DNA of 64,000 bases from Neoechinorhynchus agilis (GCA_051530055.1 CM121341.1:6116784-6180783); one strand, 5' to 3'. Shown: positions 26,668-40,000, counted from the first letter of the stretch. Made by a program: numbers and translations. The notes: generated by a model from the sequence alone, not told the origin.

Positions 26668-27539
26668 TGTTTACAATGGATAATGGAATAGTTGGAGATA
26701 ATTGTTCGTATTCAGGAAGCTGAGCTCCCACCAACATACGGTCTTTGCGCATCAAAAATAATCATGTATTCCAAAATCTGGGTCGAAAAACAATATTTTT
26801 CAACATTTTGAGAAATATTTACTATAGTCGTAAGCACCATTTAAAAATTTTTTACACAAACACATTTGAAATGGAATGCAGTTGATTGCAGCGAATTATG
26901 AACTAATTACTTATTTCTTAAAGCGATTTCAATAGTCAAAGTAATAGATTTAATAATTCCTAATTTGTGATCGATAAATCGGTAAAAGTTGTGTGACAAT
27001 AGTGTACCCAATTCAGGTGCTCCTCTTTTTTCCCCGGAATCACTAAATATTAACGTTTTATTCCTTTCTTTTACGAAACAAGAAGCCTCGCATCGAAAAC
27101 TTTCAAAATTCATTCCGAAAATCATCACTGTCGCTAAAAGCCAATTGTCATCAGCAAAAGAAATATACTGATATTGTTGTAAGAATCAAATCATGCCCTT
27201 TCCAGAGATTTGCTCTTTTCGATTTTTCGATGAACGTTAACTTTTCTGACGAGAATATTTTATTGTAATAAAACGTTTTATTAAGAAACAAAGAATAGTA
27301 TCCATGTACCTTTGTGCCCTCGTAAACATTTGAGTTCTGATTTGTTTAAAAACATGCGGTTGTTGATATTGGAGTGAGCGATAGGTCCGGTCGGTTAAGA
27401 ATATCCGGTCTGGTTATTCGCTTCGAATAAGGTTTGTCAGGTTGGATCTTTCTCCAGGTCCATTTCGAGTCATGAAATCCGAGAAGATTGAGCGGTATGA
27501 AAAAGGAACGAAGGTAGAGAGTTTCGAGATAAAGGAGCG

Positions 27540-27905
27540 TTAAAGGAATTGGGATTGTGAGTGTTGTGCTACGACGATAAGCTCGAGTGTTGGCACGGTG
27601 ACCTTCTCAATAGAAATGATAGGCTGAATAAGACGCCTAACAGCACTTCGAGAAGCGGCCTCCCTTGCTTCTTTCAAGCTGCTTGCAGCACAGAACTCAC
27701 TGATTACGACGTAGTCGAGCATGAAAACGCACCCAAATCCCATCGGATCAAGGCATCGTTCAGCAATCCACGAGGGAATCATCGTAGGTGTTTGTCCACT
27801 TATGCACTTAATCAAAATAGTTAGAGCAGATTCTGCTTGAATGGGATACTTTGAAAGAAGATCGAGAATTCTACGGCGTATTTCATTGAGGAGTCCTGGA
27901 CGCAC
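27540..27905 (-). CDS. Hypothetical protein or exon with a possible dsRNA-binding-domain-like fold
   Basis: FGCVFMLDYVVISEFCAASSLKEAREAASRSAVRRL resembles the beta-beta-alpha end of a dsRBD (KxAxxxAxxxAxxxL). There is no ATG, so it is probably an internal exon or fragment. Confidence 0.35.
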   Translation of the reverse strand: MRPGLLNEIRRRILDLLSKYPIQAESALTILIKCISGQTPTMIPSWIAERCLDPMGFGCVFMLDYVVISEFCAASSLKEAREAASRSAVRRLIQPIISIEKVTVPTLELIVVAQHSQSQFL

Positions 27906-27917
27906 TGGATGATACTA

Positions 27918-28091
27918 CCCAAACGTCAGATTTCATCGAGAATATCCCATAGGGGCGCACTGTGATTATCTCTGGACTCATGTAAGTACCTCGTATTATT
28001 TTCAAATTTGGGAACCGATGGGCCGGAAGCGAGCACCCGAAATCAACGAGCTTCACGTATCCGTCGTAACCAAAGATGAAATTACTCGGCT
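27918..28091 (-). pseudogene. Duplicated fragment of the neighbouring kinase (KPSN to DVW)
   Basis: Matches 26055-26234 except for one substitution and a 6-nt deletion. Confidence 0.92.
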
Positions 28092-29277
28092 GAGGGAAAG
28101 TGTAATGTGCGAGTCCTATTCCAGATTTGATTGAAATTGGAGCCCCACAAATTTTGAGGGGGGGAGATACATCAGAGAGTCTCTACGAGAACTTCCGAAA
28201 ACGGGAGCATTGCAGACAGTAGCGTGATTCGGATTCTGATTGAGAAAGTGGTGCGTTAGGCGATATGATTTAAATGAGAAAATAGCAAATGTTTTGCTTC
28301 TCTAAACAATAACCACCAATTCGCCCTCTAGAACCGGCCTTCCAACCTAACCGGATACTCTCAATCGAACGCGAACGGACATCCCTCCGACCAGATATTA
28401 CCTCCAGAACGAACCGTCCTCGACTGGATATTCCCATATTAACGGATGAGGACCCAAAGGTACATGGGTCCTCCTAAACCTTTCGTTGTATTTTCAATAA
28501 ACGTGTTATATACAACACAACGATTGAAATGTTCATTGTTCGTTAATTTGAAATCGATTGTTGAATCAAAACAATTCAAAAAATTAAAGCAATCAGTAAT
28601 CTGTAGCTGCATCGGTCAAGAGTAGGGTTCTCGGTGAATCAACAACGATAGAGGCGCTAAAATTTCGGTTGAAAGCTTACAGCATAGGTGTCATCGTAAT
28701 TCTTAAGAAATGTGAATCATATTTTAGATCATTCAATAACACAGCGGTTTTCCATAAATCGGCAATCGGTTTTTATTCGCCTAATATACTTCGAACCTAA
28801 ACGAACAAGTGAAGGGCAAATCGGCTTTTGGGCGCGTTGCACCTGATTGGTTCGTTAAAAAATGACCACGAATGGCGTAATGGCGTTAATTAATGTTTAA
28901 AAATCACTGTTGAGTTTGAACCATTCAAAAAAAGATCTACTGATGGGAGAGAAGGTTTAAAATGCGTCTTGGATTATGAGGACAAACATGGTTTCTTGTG
29001 CTTTCAAATCATTTTTTTCTTTCGGATGAAGCAGTTTTGGTGTTCAAATTGGCTAAAGCGTTTCCCTGTGTCTCGGAGCCGCTTGTTTGTAAGCTACCTA
29101 AATTTAAGGTATTTTTTCGGTGATTTCTGGCGATGATCGGTTTGGCGTACTCTGAGACTCGCGTTTTGCCATACTTTCGCAAAAAAGGATTCTTTCCCTC
29201 TCGTCTGTACATAATAAGGATCCTTTCACTCACGTATATATATCGTCGTTCTCTTCCAATACCGCCTGATTCAGAAT

Positions 29278-30927
29278 ATGGGTTTAATGCATCTCATTCG
29301 TCGGCTACCTTCCATGGCATCCTCGTTAGCGGCAGCCCGGCGACTAATGTCAACGGTGACTAATGAGAAATTCATTTCTTCTCTGGAACTCACAGCCGAA
29401 CAGGCAGCAGAGAAAATCCCTCTTCGAGTAACCTTCGGTTTCTCGGGATTCACTCCTTCGGGATATCCAAAAGCCATTCCTACGGCCTTCGCGAGACGCC
29501 TTCAAGCCCTCATCGACGCAGGAAAAGCAGGAGATGCTATGATGAATATATACACGGGAGCATCAACTGGAGACGAACTGGACGGCGAGTTGGTTCGTAC
29601 TGGTCGAGTTGCTCTACGAATGCCTTATCAATCTCATAAATCGTTCTGATTCTTTGGTTTTTGCCTTCTAAACAAGATTCAGAACTCTACCGATCTAAGG
29701 AACCAGATCAATTCGGGAAAAGTGGACTTCGTAGATTATCACCTTAGTCACGCCGCCAATGCGGTCCGAAGTGGAATACTGCCCAAAGTGGATGTTTGCG
29801 TAGCTGAGATCTGTGATGTTACTGCTGATGGAAAGATATTTTTAACTCATGCAGTTGGAAATGTACCAACCTTCCTTGAGCAGGCTTCATCGGTGTTTCT
29901 CGAGATCAACGAAAGGGTCCCGACTGCGATGCGAGGAATGCATGATATCTTTGAAGTTCCTTTGGCTCCACACACCCAACCCATTCCAATCACTCGCGTT
30001 CATCAGAGAATAGGTAAGCCGTATGTGCAGATCGATCCCAAAAAAATCAAAGGAATAGTTCGAACTAACATGTACGATTCAACCAGTGAATTCAGAGCGC
30101 CAGACGATGTCAGCAGAAAGATCGCCGCAAATATTTTGGATTTTTTGCAAGTTGAAATGGACAGTGGCCGTCTCCCCAAAGGAGCAGATATGCCACCCAT
30201 CCAATCAGGAGTTGGAAATGTTGCAAACGCTGTACTTGCTGGAATTATTGAAGATAAACGATACCAGTCGATCAAAATGTACACCGAAGTCCTCCAGGAC
30301 GCTGTCCTTGACGTGTACGATGCTGGAAAATTGAAATTCGCATCTTCTACGTCTCTAACCCTCTCACCCAAATGCCAGGATAGATTACACGACGAGATTG
30401 AACGTTTCAAAGAGGTCATTATCCTTAGACCTCAAGAAATCTCCAATCATCCCGAAATCATACGTCGACTTGGTCTCGTAGCGATGAATACTGCCCTAGA
30501 GATAGACATCTACGGCAACGTAAACAGTACGCAGGTACTTGGTTCGGCCATGATGAACGGTATTGGTGGAAGCGGTGACTTCACCCGGAACTCGCGTATT
30601 TCGATATTCATGGCTCCTTCAGTGGCGAAGAAGGGTGCCATTTCGGCCATTGTACCCATGGTTCCACACGTCGATCATAATGAGCATTCCGTTCAGGTTA
30701 TTGTCACGGAGCAAGGATTGGCTGACTTACGAGGACTTTCCCCACAAAAAAGATCGAAGGCTATTATAGAGAAGTGTGCAAGTCCGTTATACAGGGATGC
30801 TTTGCTTGATTACGTCAATGAAGCTCATAAGAACAGTTTTAAGCTGCACACTCCGGTTGACCTAGTGAACGCTCTTAGTTGGCATGATCGATTCTTGAAA
30901 TCTGGATCGATGCTAAAAGCAAAGTAG
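29278..30927 (+). CDS. Acetate:succinate CoA-transferase / acetyl-CoA hydrolase (Ach1/AarC/ScpC family) with a mitochondrial-like presequence and one ~51-nt interruption at ~29633-29690
   Basis: FSGFTPSGYPK, YTGASTGDELDG, RMPYQ, DYHLSH, GMHDIF, IQSGVGNVANAV, YTEVLQD, NTALEIDIYGNVNS (catalytic Glu), NGIGGSGDF and VTEQGLADLRGLSP. The N-terminus is Arg/Ser/Ala-rich and lacks acidic residues. Confidence 0.93.
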
Positions 30928-32111
30928 TAAAAGCCGAATTGTCATCGTGTGTGTTCGCTTCACTCGAGAAGTTTATAGCGTCGAGTTTATGCTCCGCCTC
31001 AAGAAGATTTCATTGTGATCATTGAAGCGGTGTGTGTATGTGTGTGTGTGTGATTTCCCCAACACGAGCAATGATAATCTACTCCGTATTCTGTACCACC
31101 GATCCAACGAAGTTAAACATGCTATTTCCGGCGTTTTTGCCATGAAAACCATTTGCCGATTTTAGTTCGCCGAATGAACCGAATATAAATTCTTAAATTT
31201 AGTTGTTGCACAATTCCCCATCAGCATTCTTGTGGTCAAACATTTCGTTGTTTTTGTATATTCATGCCAGTACGGAAACATTACATCGCTATTATTTCGC
31301 CTTTCCGGACATTCCACTTTTTGGACCTTTCAAGGAATTATTAATTGAGGATTGCACTCCGCCAATGAGAACATTAAAGAGAAGAACGTGCCGACTGATT
31401 GATCTGAGAGTCATTATTCTATCTAAAACGAATTACAGAGGAATTTGTCACAAACACACCAAAAAATGATTGTTTCCGTTTTGATTCGGAACCTTTGTAG
31501 TCGAAAAATATCCTCTTTGGGTGCATTAGACAAAATTTTTGGAAAACATCGAATAATCGCAACTTAAAAGTTCTAGACATCGTAAATTGACTAATTTTTA
31601 ATTAATTAAGATCCAAATGTGATATGTTTTCCACATCTTCAATATTATAAAACTTTGATGTGAATGTCATGTATATTGAGCAAAATAATATAAATCTTGA
31701 ATTCAAGATCTGTTTACGGCCACGACCTTACAATGAAAATTCCTATTAGAAAGGATAAATTTGCAATTTATTTTGTACTATAACCGTTTAGTCAGAGTTC
31801 ATTTTGGGAATCGATGTTTGCTAAGTATTCGAAAAATACGTTTTTTCCGATGAGTTCAGGTTGTGACAACAGGGAAGCGTCGAAAATAAATACTTAAGAA
31901 ATTCATAGGTTCAATGAACCAGAAAGGTTCAATTACCCTTTATTTGATTTAAGAAAATCTTAACCTTATATCGTTTTCGAAAAATTTTACTAGCAGCTCG
32001 CAACTTTTTTCGAATAGCAAATCACTCATCCTTACAGGTTCTGTGCGCTTTAGTTGCTTTAAATTTTAAACCATCACCCCAATTTATCCAATCTTGAGGA
32101 GATTTGATCAG

Positions 32112-32651
32112 ATGAATCATCGTGTCTTGATAACAGCATCATTGATTTTACAAATAAGTGTATCTTTTCCTTGGAAGAAGACGGACGCAGTTTGTGCTTC
32201 TCAAAGATTAACAAATGTCATTGTAAAGAACGTCGAGGAATGTAGTGGAGCATCGCAACTAAATTCGTCTAAGCAATCGATTCCAAATTCTTGTCAAGAA
32301 AAGCGTCGTCTAAATACAACTACATTGAAAAAATCTCGACGGCTGAATATCGACTGGCTAATTTACGAGATTTCTAAAGTCGGAGATAAATTAAAACCTT
32401 ACGACGTCATGGAATTGGATATTCGCAAGATCAGTAATGGCTATAGAATCAGACTCTGTTCACCGGTTGAAGTCAAAGAGTGGATTACTGACTCGGCCAC
32501 GGAAATAAAATGCTTAAAGGAACTTCTTGGATACTTCTATATTCCAACATGTATTATATTCAGGAAATTCGACAACTATGAGAGGGAGGAGTCGTGCATT
32601 ATGTATCCTTGGCTAAAGGGAATGTATAAGATTGAGAAGGAAGGTGTTTAG
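32112..32651 (+). CDS. Hypothetical protein with a signal-peptide-like N-terminus
   Basis: MNHRVLITASLILQISVSF, 179 aa, no recognised domain. Confidence 0.45.
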   Translation: MNHRVLITASLILQISVSFPWKKTDAVCASQRLTNVIVKNVEECSGASQLNSSKQSIPNSCQEKRRLNTTTLKKSRRLNIDWLIYEISKVGDKLKPYDVMELDIRKISNGYRIRLCSPVEVKEWITDSATEIKCLKELLGYFYIPTCIIFRKFDNYEREESCIMYPWLKGMYKIEKEGV

Positions 32652-33224
32652 TGATTTTATAATTGAGTAAAGCTTTATAAAGCCAATTCTTGGTAATATA
32701 ATTCTATTTTGCAAACGAACGTTCTCTTAATACGTTTTGCTCATCACTCACGTTAGAACGCTACGCTAATGAATTCTCTTTGCTTTTAACCAATTATTCC
32801 AGTTTTATTTAAATGAGGACAAAATTTATTTACTAAGGTAAACAATGAACATAAGAACGATTTAACTGATCAGGCAAATTTCTAGATATTAGTGATTGAG
32901 CAGAATATGCAAGAAAATTAATGTGCACTATGGGAAAAAATGTTAGAGGCCAAAAGCTTAAGGGCGAACCACATTGCATCGAACAAGTAAAACGCATAGC
33001 TATTGGTTGCATCAAAAAACAAGCCAAAGGGGAAAAATGCCGAAATGTTTTGAAAACTGCTAAATTTCTTTTCGGGAAATATAAATATGTGCCCAATAAA
33101 CTTTTCGTTTATCTGAATGTCATAAAATCATTGGCCGGTGCCGCCCGCCCCTTTAAATAATTTTTGGATTATTAACACAAGTGCGTGCACAAATTCATCT
33201 TGACTGCACCACAAAGGCAATATT

Positions 33225-33731
33225 TCAGAAATCAATGTTGTTTTCATTGATTTTCTGAATACGACCATCCTCATCGATAAAATCTCCGCGAATTTTGAGA
33301 CTTGCAACGTTCATTCCCATGTATCGACCATAAATGATTCTCATCACGGATTGTCGACTTTGTGGCTGAAGACAGACAACATCTCCGCTCCGGCAATCAC
33401 ATCGATGGGCTTTCTTTTCTTTTAAACCGCCGACTGAAATCCGCTTTCTCTTCCGAATCGTTCGAACTCCGTATATTGCGTTACTAAAAGTTCTTTTAGT
33501 CGATATTCCATCTATTGAGTGTGATACAAGTTTTCGAGATGATTGCAACCCGCGAGTATCGACTTCTACGGTTGCTGACACATTACTATCGCTACTGAGT
33601 GGATTGGTACTGCCTTCTGAATTTTCGTAGCGACGTTTTAGAGGCTGTGTCGAATTTCGACAATTCCCAATCTGCTTCGATCGATTAGGAGCGCCGAGAC
33701 GCGATCGAGAATTTTGAACTGGCATAATCAA
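33225..33731 (-). CDS. Hypothetical basic protein
   Basis: 168-codon ORF with an RKRKR motif and HRCDC; no recognised family. Confidence 0.35.
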   Translation of the reverse strand: MIMPVQNSRSRLGAPNRSKQIGNCRNSTQPLKRRYENSEGSTNPLSSDSNVSATVEVDTRGLQSSRKLVSHSIDGISTKRTFSNAIYGVRTIRKRKRISVGGLKEKKAHRCDCRSGDVVCLQPQSRQSVMRIIYGRYMGMNVASLKIRGDFIDEDGRIQKINENNIDF

Positions 33732-34074
33732 AGGAAAATGAAAAAATTATCTAAAAAGACTTGTACAGAAGTAACGTGCAATGTCCGACGAAAACTAATA
33801 AAGTCACGTCGACTTCTGCATTTGTACACATGAACGCTTTTCGAAATAAAAATGTTAAACAAAAATCCATAAAGAAACATCGATAATACACCTCAAACGA
33901 AAAACATTGAATTTTAAATCAACTTCAAACCAGAAACAAAAGACGAATTAAACGAAGCATCAAACAATGGACGGTTTATATACGTTCCGATTATTGCGGA
34001 ATTGCCTTTAAAATGGAACAATTTCTTTCTCAGAAAGGATCCTTTATTACCTTTCAATCCATTCGAAAACGCTA

Positions 34075-37000
34075 TCGTTTTCCATGGACCCTTCTTCGAT
34101 TAATAACCTTTCATGGACTTGTAAATGGATCGATAGAAATCATTTTTGGTTCCCTAAACTTTTTGTGAGATGAACAAATGCCACGAATTCCGGGAGAGAG
34201 GGCCCGTGACCACTCTCGAGTACAAAATCATTAATGCATGAAGCTCAAGAATTACGAGATAATTTTGTAAATCAATAATGATGAATCTATGTTCGAATAT
34301 TTCTGCTTTGGTCGATTATGGGCTTCAGGTGTTCCATTTGACGGTGGTTTTGAGCCACGTTCGGTTGTTTCTTTTCTATAGACTCTTCTTCGATTAATAA
34401 CCTTTCATGGACTTGTAAATGGATCGATTGAAATCATTTTTGGTTCCCTAAACTTTTGGTGAGATGAACAAATGCCACGAATTCCGGGAGAGAGGGCCCG
34501 TGACCATTCTCGAGTACAAAATCATTAATGCATGAAGCTCAAGAATTACGAGATTATTTTGTAAATCAATAATGATGAATCTATGTTCGAATATTTCTGC
34601 TTTGGTCGATTATGGTCTTCAGGTGTTCCATTTGACGGTGGTTTTGAGCCACGTTCGGTTGTTTCTTTTCTATAGACTCTTCTTCGATTAATAACCTTTC
34701 ATGACTTGTTAATGGAACGATTGCAATCATTTTTGGTTACCTAAACTTTTGGTGAGATGAACAAATGCCACGAATTCCGCGAGAGAGGGCCCGTGACCAC
34801 TCTCGAGTACAAAAATCATTGCTGCGTGATGCTCAAGAATTACGAGATTATTTTTTAAATCAATAATGATGAATCTATGTTCGAATATTTCTGCTTTGGC
34901 CGATTATGGTCTTTAGGTGTTCCGTTTGACGGTGGTTTTGAGCCTCGTTTGATTATTTTTTTCTATGGACTCTTATTCGATTAATAACCTTTCATGGACT
35001 TGTAAATGGATCGATTGGAATCATTTTTGGTTCCCTAAACTTTTGGTGAGATGAACAAATGCCACGAATTCCGGGAGAGAGGGCCCGTGACCATTCTCGA
35101 GTACAAAATCATTAATGCACGAAGCTCAAGAATTACGAGATTATTTTGTAAATCAAAAAATGATGAATCTATGTTCGAATATTTCTGCTTTGGTCGATTA
35201 TGGTCTTCAGGTGTTCCATTTGACGGTGGTTTTGAGCCACGTTCGGTTATTTCTTTTTCTATGGACTCTTCTTCGATTAATAACCTTTCATGGACTTGTT
35301 AATGGTTCGATTGGAATCATTTTTGGTTACCTAAACTTTTGGTGAGATGAACAAATGCCACGAATTCCGGGAGAGAGGGTCCGTGACCATTCTCGAGTAC
35401 AAAATCATTAATGCATGAAGCTCATGAATTACGAGATTATTTTGTAAATAAATAATGATGAATCTATGTTCGAATATTTCTGCTTTGGTCGATTATGGGC
35501 TTCAGGTGTTCCATTTGACGGTGGTTTTGAGCCACGTTCGGTTATTCCTTTTTCTATGGACTCTTCTTCGATTAATAACCTTTCATGGATTTGTTAAAGG
35601 ATCGATTGGAATCATTTTTTGTTACCTAAACTTTTTGTGAGATGAACAAATGCCACGAATTCCGGGAGAGAGGGCCGTGACCATTCTCGAGTACAAAATC
35701 ATTAATGCATGAAGCTCAAGAATTACGAGATTATTTTGTAAATCAAAAAATGATGAATCTATGTTCGAATATTTCTGCTTTGGTCGATTATGGTCTTCAG
35801 GTGTTCCATTTGACGGTGGTTTTGAGCCACGTTCGGTTGTTTCTTTTCTATGGACTCTTCTTTGATTAATAACCTTTCATGGACTTGTTAATGGTTCGAT
35901 TGAAATCATTTTTGGTTCCCTAAACTTTTGGTGAGATGAACAAATGCCACGAATTCCGGGAGAGAGGGCCCGTGACCATTCTCGAGTACAAAATCATTAA
36001 TGCATGAAGCTCAAGAATTACGAGATTATTTTGTAAATCAATAATGATGAATCTATGTTCGAATATTTCTGCTTTGGTCGATTATGGGCTTCAGGTGTTC
36101 CATTTGACGGTGGTTTTGAGCCACGTTCGGTTATTCCTTTTTCTATGGACTCTTCTTCGATTAATAACCTTTCATAGATTTGTTAAAGGATCGATTGGAA
36201 TCATTTTTTGTTACCTAAACTTTTTGTGAGATGAACAAATGCCACGAATTCCGGGAGAGAGGGCCGTGACCATTCTCGAGTACAAAATCATTAATGCATG
36301 AAGCTCAAGAATTACGAGATTATTTTGTAAATCAAAAAATGATGAATCTATGTTCGAATATTTCTGCTTTGGTCGATTATGGTCTTCAGGTGTTCCATTT
36401 GACGGTGGTTTTGAGCCACGTTCGGTTGTTTCTTTTCTATGGACTCTTCTTTGATTAATAACCTTTCATGGACTTGTTAATGGTTCGATTGGAATCATTT
36501 TTGGTTACCTAAACTTTTGGTGAGATGAACAAATGCCACGAATTCCGGGAGAGAGGGTCCGTGACCATTCTCGAGTACAAAATCATTAATGCATGAAGCT
36601 CAAGAATTACGAGATTATTTTGTAAATCAATAATGATGAATCTATGTTCGAATATTTCTGCTTTGGTCGATTATGGGCTTCAGGTGTTCCATTTGACGGT
36701 GGTTTTGAGCCACGTTCGGTTATTCCTTTTTCTATGGACTCTTCTTCGATTAATAACCTTTCATAGATTTGTTAAAGGATCGATTGGAATCATTTTTTGT
36801 TACCTAAACTTTTTGTGAGATGAACAAATGCCACGAATTCCGGGAGAGAGGGCCGTGACCATTCTCGAGTACAAAATCATTAATGCATGAAGCTCAAGAA
36901 TTACGAGATTATTTTGTAAATCAAAAAATGATGAATCTATGTTCGAATATTTCTGCTTTGGTCGATTATGGTCTTTAGGTGTTCCGTTTGACGGTGGTTT

Positions 37001-40000
37001 TGAGCCTCGTTTGATTATTTTTTTCTATGGACTCTTATTCGATTAATAACCTTTCATGGACTTGTAAATGGATCGATTGGAATCATTTTTGGTTCCCTAA
37101 ACTTTTGGTGAGATGAACAAATGCCACGAATTCCGGGAGAGAGGGCCCGTGACCATTCTCGAGTACAAAATCATTAATGCATGAAGCTCAAGAATTACGA
37201 GATTATTTTGTAAATCAAAAAATGATGAATCTATGTTCGAATATTTCTGCTTTGGTCGATTATGGTCTTCAGGTGTTCCATTTGACGGTGGTTTTGAGCC
37301 ACGTTCGGTTATTTCTTTTTCTATGGACTCTTCTTCGATTAATAACCTTTCATGGACTTGTTAATGGTTCGATTGGAATCATTTTTGGTTCCCTAAACTT
37401 TTGGTGAGATGAACAAATGCCACGAATTCCGGGAGAGAGGGCCCGTGACCATTCTCGAGTACAAAATCATTAATGCATGAAGCTCAAGAATTACGAGATT
37501 ATTTTGTAAATCAATAATGATGAATCTATGTTCGAATATTTCTGCTTTGGTCGATTATGGTCTTCAGGTGTTCCATTTGACGGTGGTTTTGAGCCACGTT
37601 CGGTTATTTCTTTTTCTATGGACTCTTCTTCGATTAATAACCTTTCATGGACTTGTTAATGGATCGATTGGAATCATTTTTGGTTACCTAAACTTTTGGT
37701 GAGATGAACAAATGCCACGAATTCCGGGAGAGAGGGCCGTGACCATTCTCGAGTACAAAATCATTAATGCATGAAGCTCAAGAATTACGAGATTATTTTG
37801 TAAATCAAAAAATGATGAATCTATGTTCGAATATTTCTGCTTTGGTCGATTATGGTCTTCAGGTGTTCCATTTGACGGTGGTTTTGAGCCACGTTCGGTT
37901 ATTTCTTTTTCTATGGACTCTTCTTCGATTAATAACCTTTCATGGATTTGTTAATGGATCGATTGGAATCATTTTTGGTTACCTAAACTTTTTGTGAGAT
38001 GAACAAATGCCACGAATTCCGGGAGAGAGGGCCGTGACCATTCTCGAGTACAAAATCATTAATGCATGAAGCTCAAGAATTACGAGATTATTTTGTAAAT
38101 CAAAAAATGATGAATCTATGTTCGAATATTTCTGCTTTGGTCGATTATGGTCTTCAGGTGTTCCATTTGACGGTGGTTTTGAGCCACGTTCGGTTATTTT
38201 TTTCTATGGACTCTTCTTCGATTAATAACCTTTCATGGACTTGTTAATGGATCGATTGGAATCATTTTTGGTTACCTAAACTTTTGGTGAGATGAACAAA
38301 TGCCACGAATTCCGGGAGAGAGGGCCCGTGACCATTCTCGAGTACAAAATCATTAATGCATGAAGCTCAAGAATTACGAGATTATTTTGTAAATCAATAA
38401 ATGATGAATCTATGTTCGAATATTTCTGCTTTGGTCGATTATGGTCTTTAGGTGTTCCGTTTGACGGTGGTTTTGAGCCTCGTTTGGTTATTTTTTTTCT
38501 ATGGACTCTTATTCGATTAATAACCTTTCATGGACTTGTAAATGGATCGATTGGAATCATTTTTGGTTCCCTAAACTTTTGGTGAGATGAACAAATGCCA
38601 CGAATTCCGGGAGAGAGGGCCCGTGACCATTCTCGAGTACAAAATCATTAATGCATGAAGCTCAAGAATTACGAGATTATTTTGTAAATCAAAAAATGAT
38701 GAATCTATGTTCGAATATTTCTGCTTTGGTCGATTATGGTCTTCAGGTGTTCCATTTGACGGTGGTTTTGAGCCACGTTCGGTTATTTCTTTTTCTATGG
38801 ACTCTTCTTCGATTAATAACCTTTCATGGACTTGTTAATGGTTCGATTGGAATCATTTTTGGTTGCCTAAACTTTTGGTGAGATGAACAAATGCCACGAA
38901 TTCCGGGAGAGAGGGCCCGTGACCATTCTCGAGTACAAAATCATTAATGCATGAAGCTCAAGAATTACGAGATTATTTTGTAAATCAATAATGATGAATC
39001 TATGTTCGAATATTTCTGCTTTGGTCGATTATGGTCTTTAGGTGTTCCATTTGACGGTGGTTTTGAGCCACGTTCGGTTATTCCTTTTTCTATGGACTCT
39101 TCTTCGATTAATAACCTTTCATGGATTTGTTAAAGGATCGATTGGAATCATTTTTTGTTACCTAAACTTTTTGTGAGATGAACAAATGCCACGAATTCCG
39201 GGAGAGAGGGTCGTGACCATTCTCGAGTACAAAATCATTAATGCATGAAGCTCAAGAATTACGAGATTATTTTGTAAATCAAAAAATGATGAATCTATGT
39301 TCGAATATTTCTGCTTTGGTCGATTATGGTCTTCAGGTGTTCCATTTGACGGTGGTTTTGAGCCACGTTCGGTTGTTTCTTTTCTATGGACTCTTCTTTG
39401 ATTAATAACCTTTCATGGACTTGTTAATGGATCGATTGGAATCATTTTTGGTTACCTAAACTTTTGGTGAGATGAACAAATGCCACGAATTCTGGGAGAG
39501 AGGGTCCGTGACCATTCTCGAGTACAAAATCATTAATGCATGAAGCTCATGAATTACGAGATTATTTTGTAAATAAATAATGATGAATCTATGTTCGAAT
39601 ATTTCTGCTTTGGTCGATTATGGTCTTTAGGTGTTCCATTTGACGGTGGTTTTGAGCCACGTTCGGTTATTCCTTTTTCTATGGACTCTTCTTCGATTAA
39701 TAACCTTTCATAGATTTGTTAAAGGATCGATTGGAATCATTTTTTGTTACCTAAACTTTTTGTGAGATGAACAAATGCCACGAATTCCGGGAGAGAGGGC
39801 CGTGACCATTCTCGAGTACAAAATCATTAATGCATGAAGCTCAAGAATTACGAGATTATTTTGTAAATCAAAAAATGATGAATCTATGTTCGAATATTTC
39901 TGCTTTGGTCGATTATGGTCTTCAGGTGTTCCATTTGACGGTGGTTTTGAGCCACGTTCGGTTGTTTCTTTTCTATGGACTCTTCTTTGATTAATAACCT

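Noticed and set aside
28448-28473. GAGGACCCA-8nt-TGGGTCCTC hairpin as a Helitron 3' end or terminator
   Set aside because: No CTRR terminus at the expected distance and no U-tract; a single short stem can occur by chance.
29647-29649. TGA recoding (Trp or Sec) instead of an intron in the CoA-transferase
   Set aside because: Read-through would insert 17 residues into a conserved motif, conserved Trp uses TGG elsewhere, and read-through of TGA in NPC1 intron 1 still meets TAA.
29640-29690. U12-type AT-AC intron
   Set aside because: The ends fit but the 5' consensus ATATCCTT is absent; kept only as one possible non-canonical register.
35051-38881. Repeated hydrophobic 61-83-aa ORFs
   Set aside because: Artefacts of the 295-bp satellite; broken in many units.
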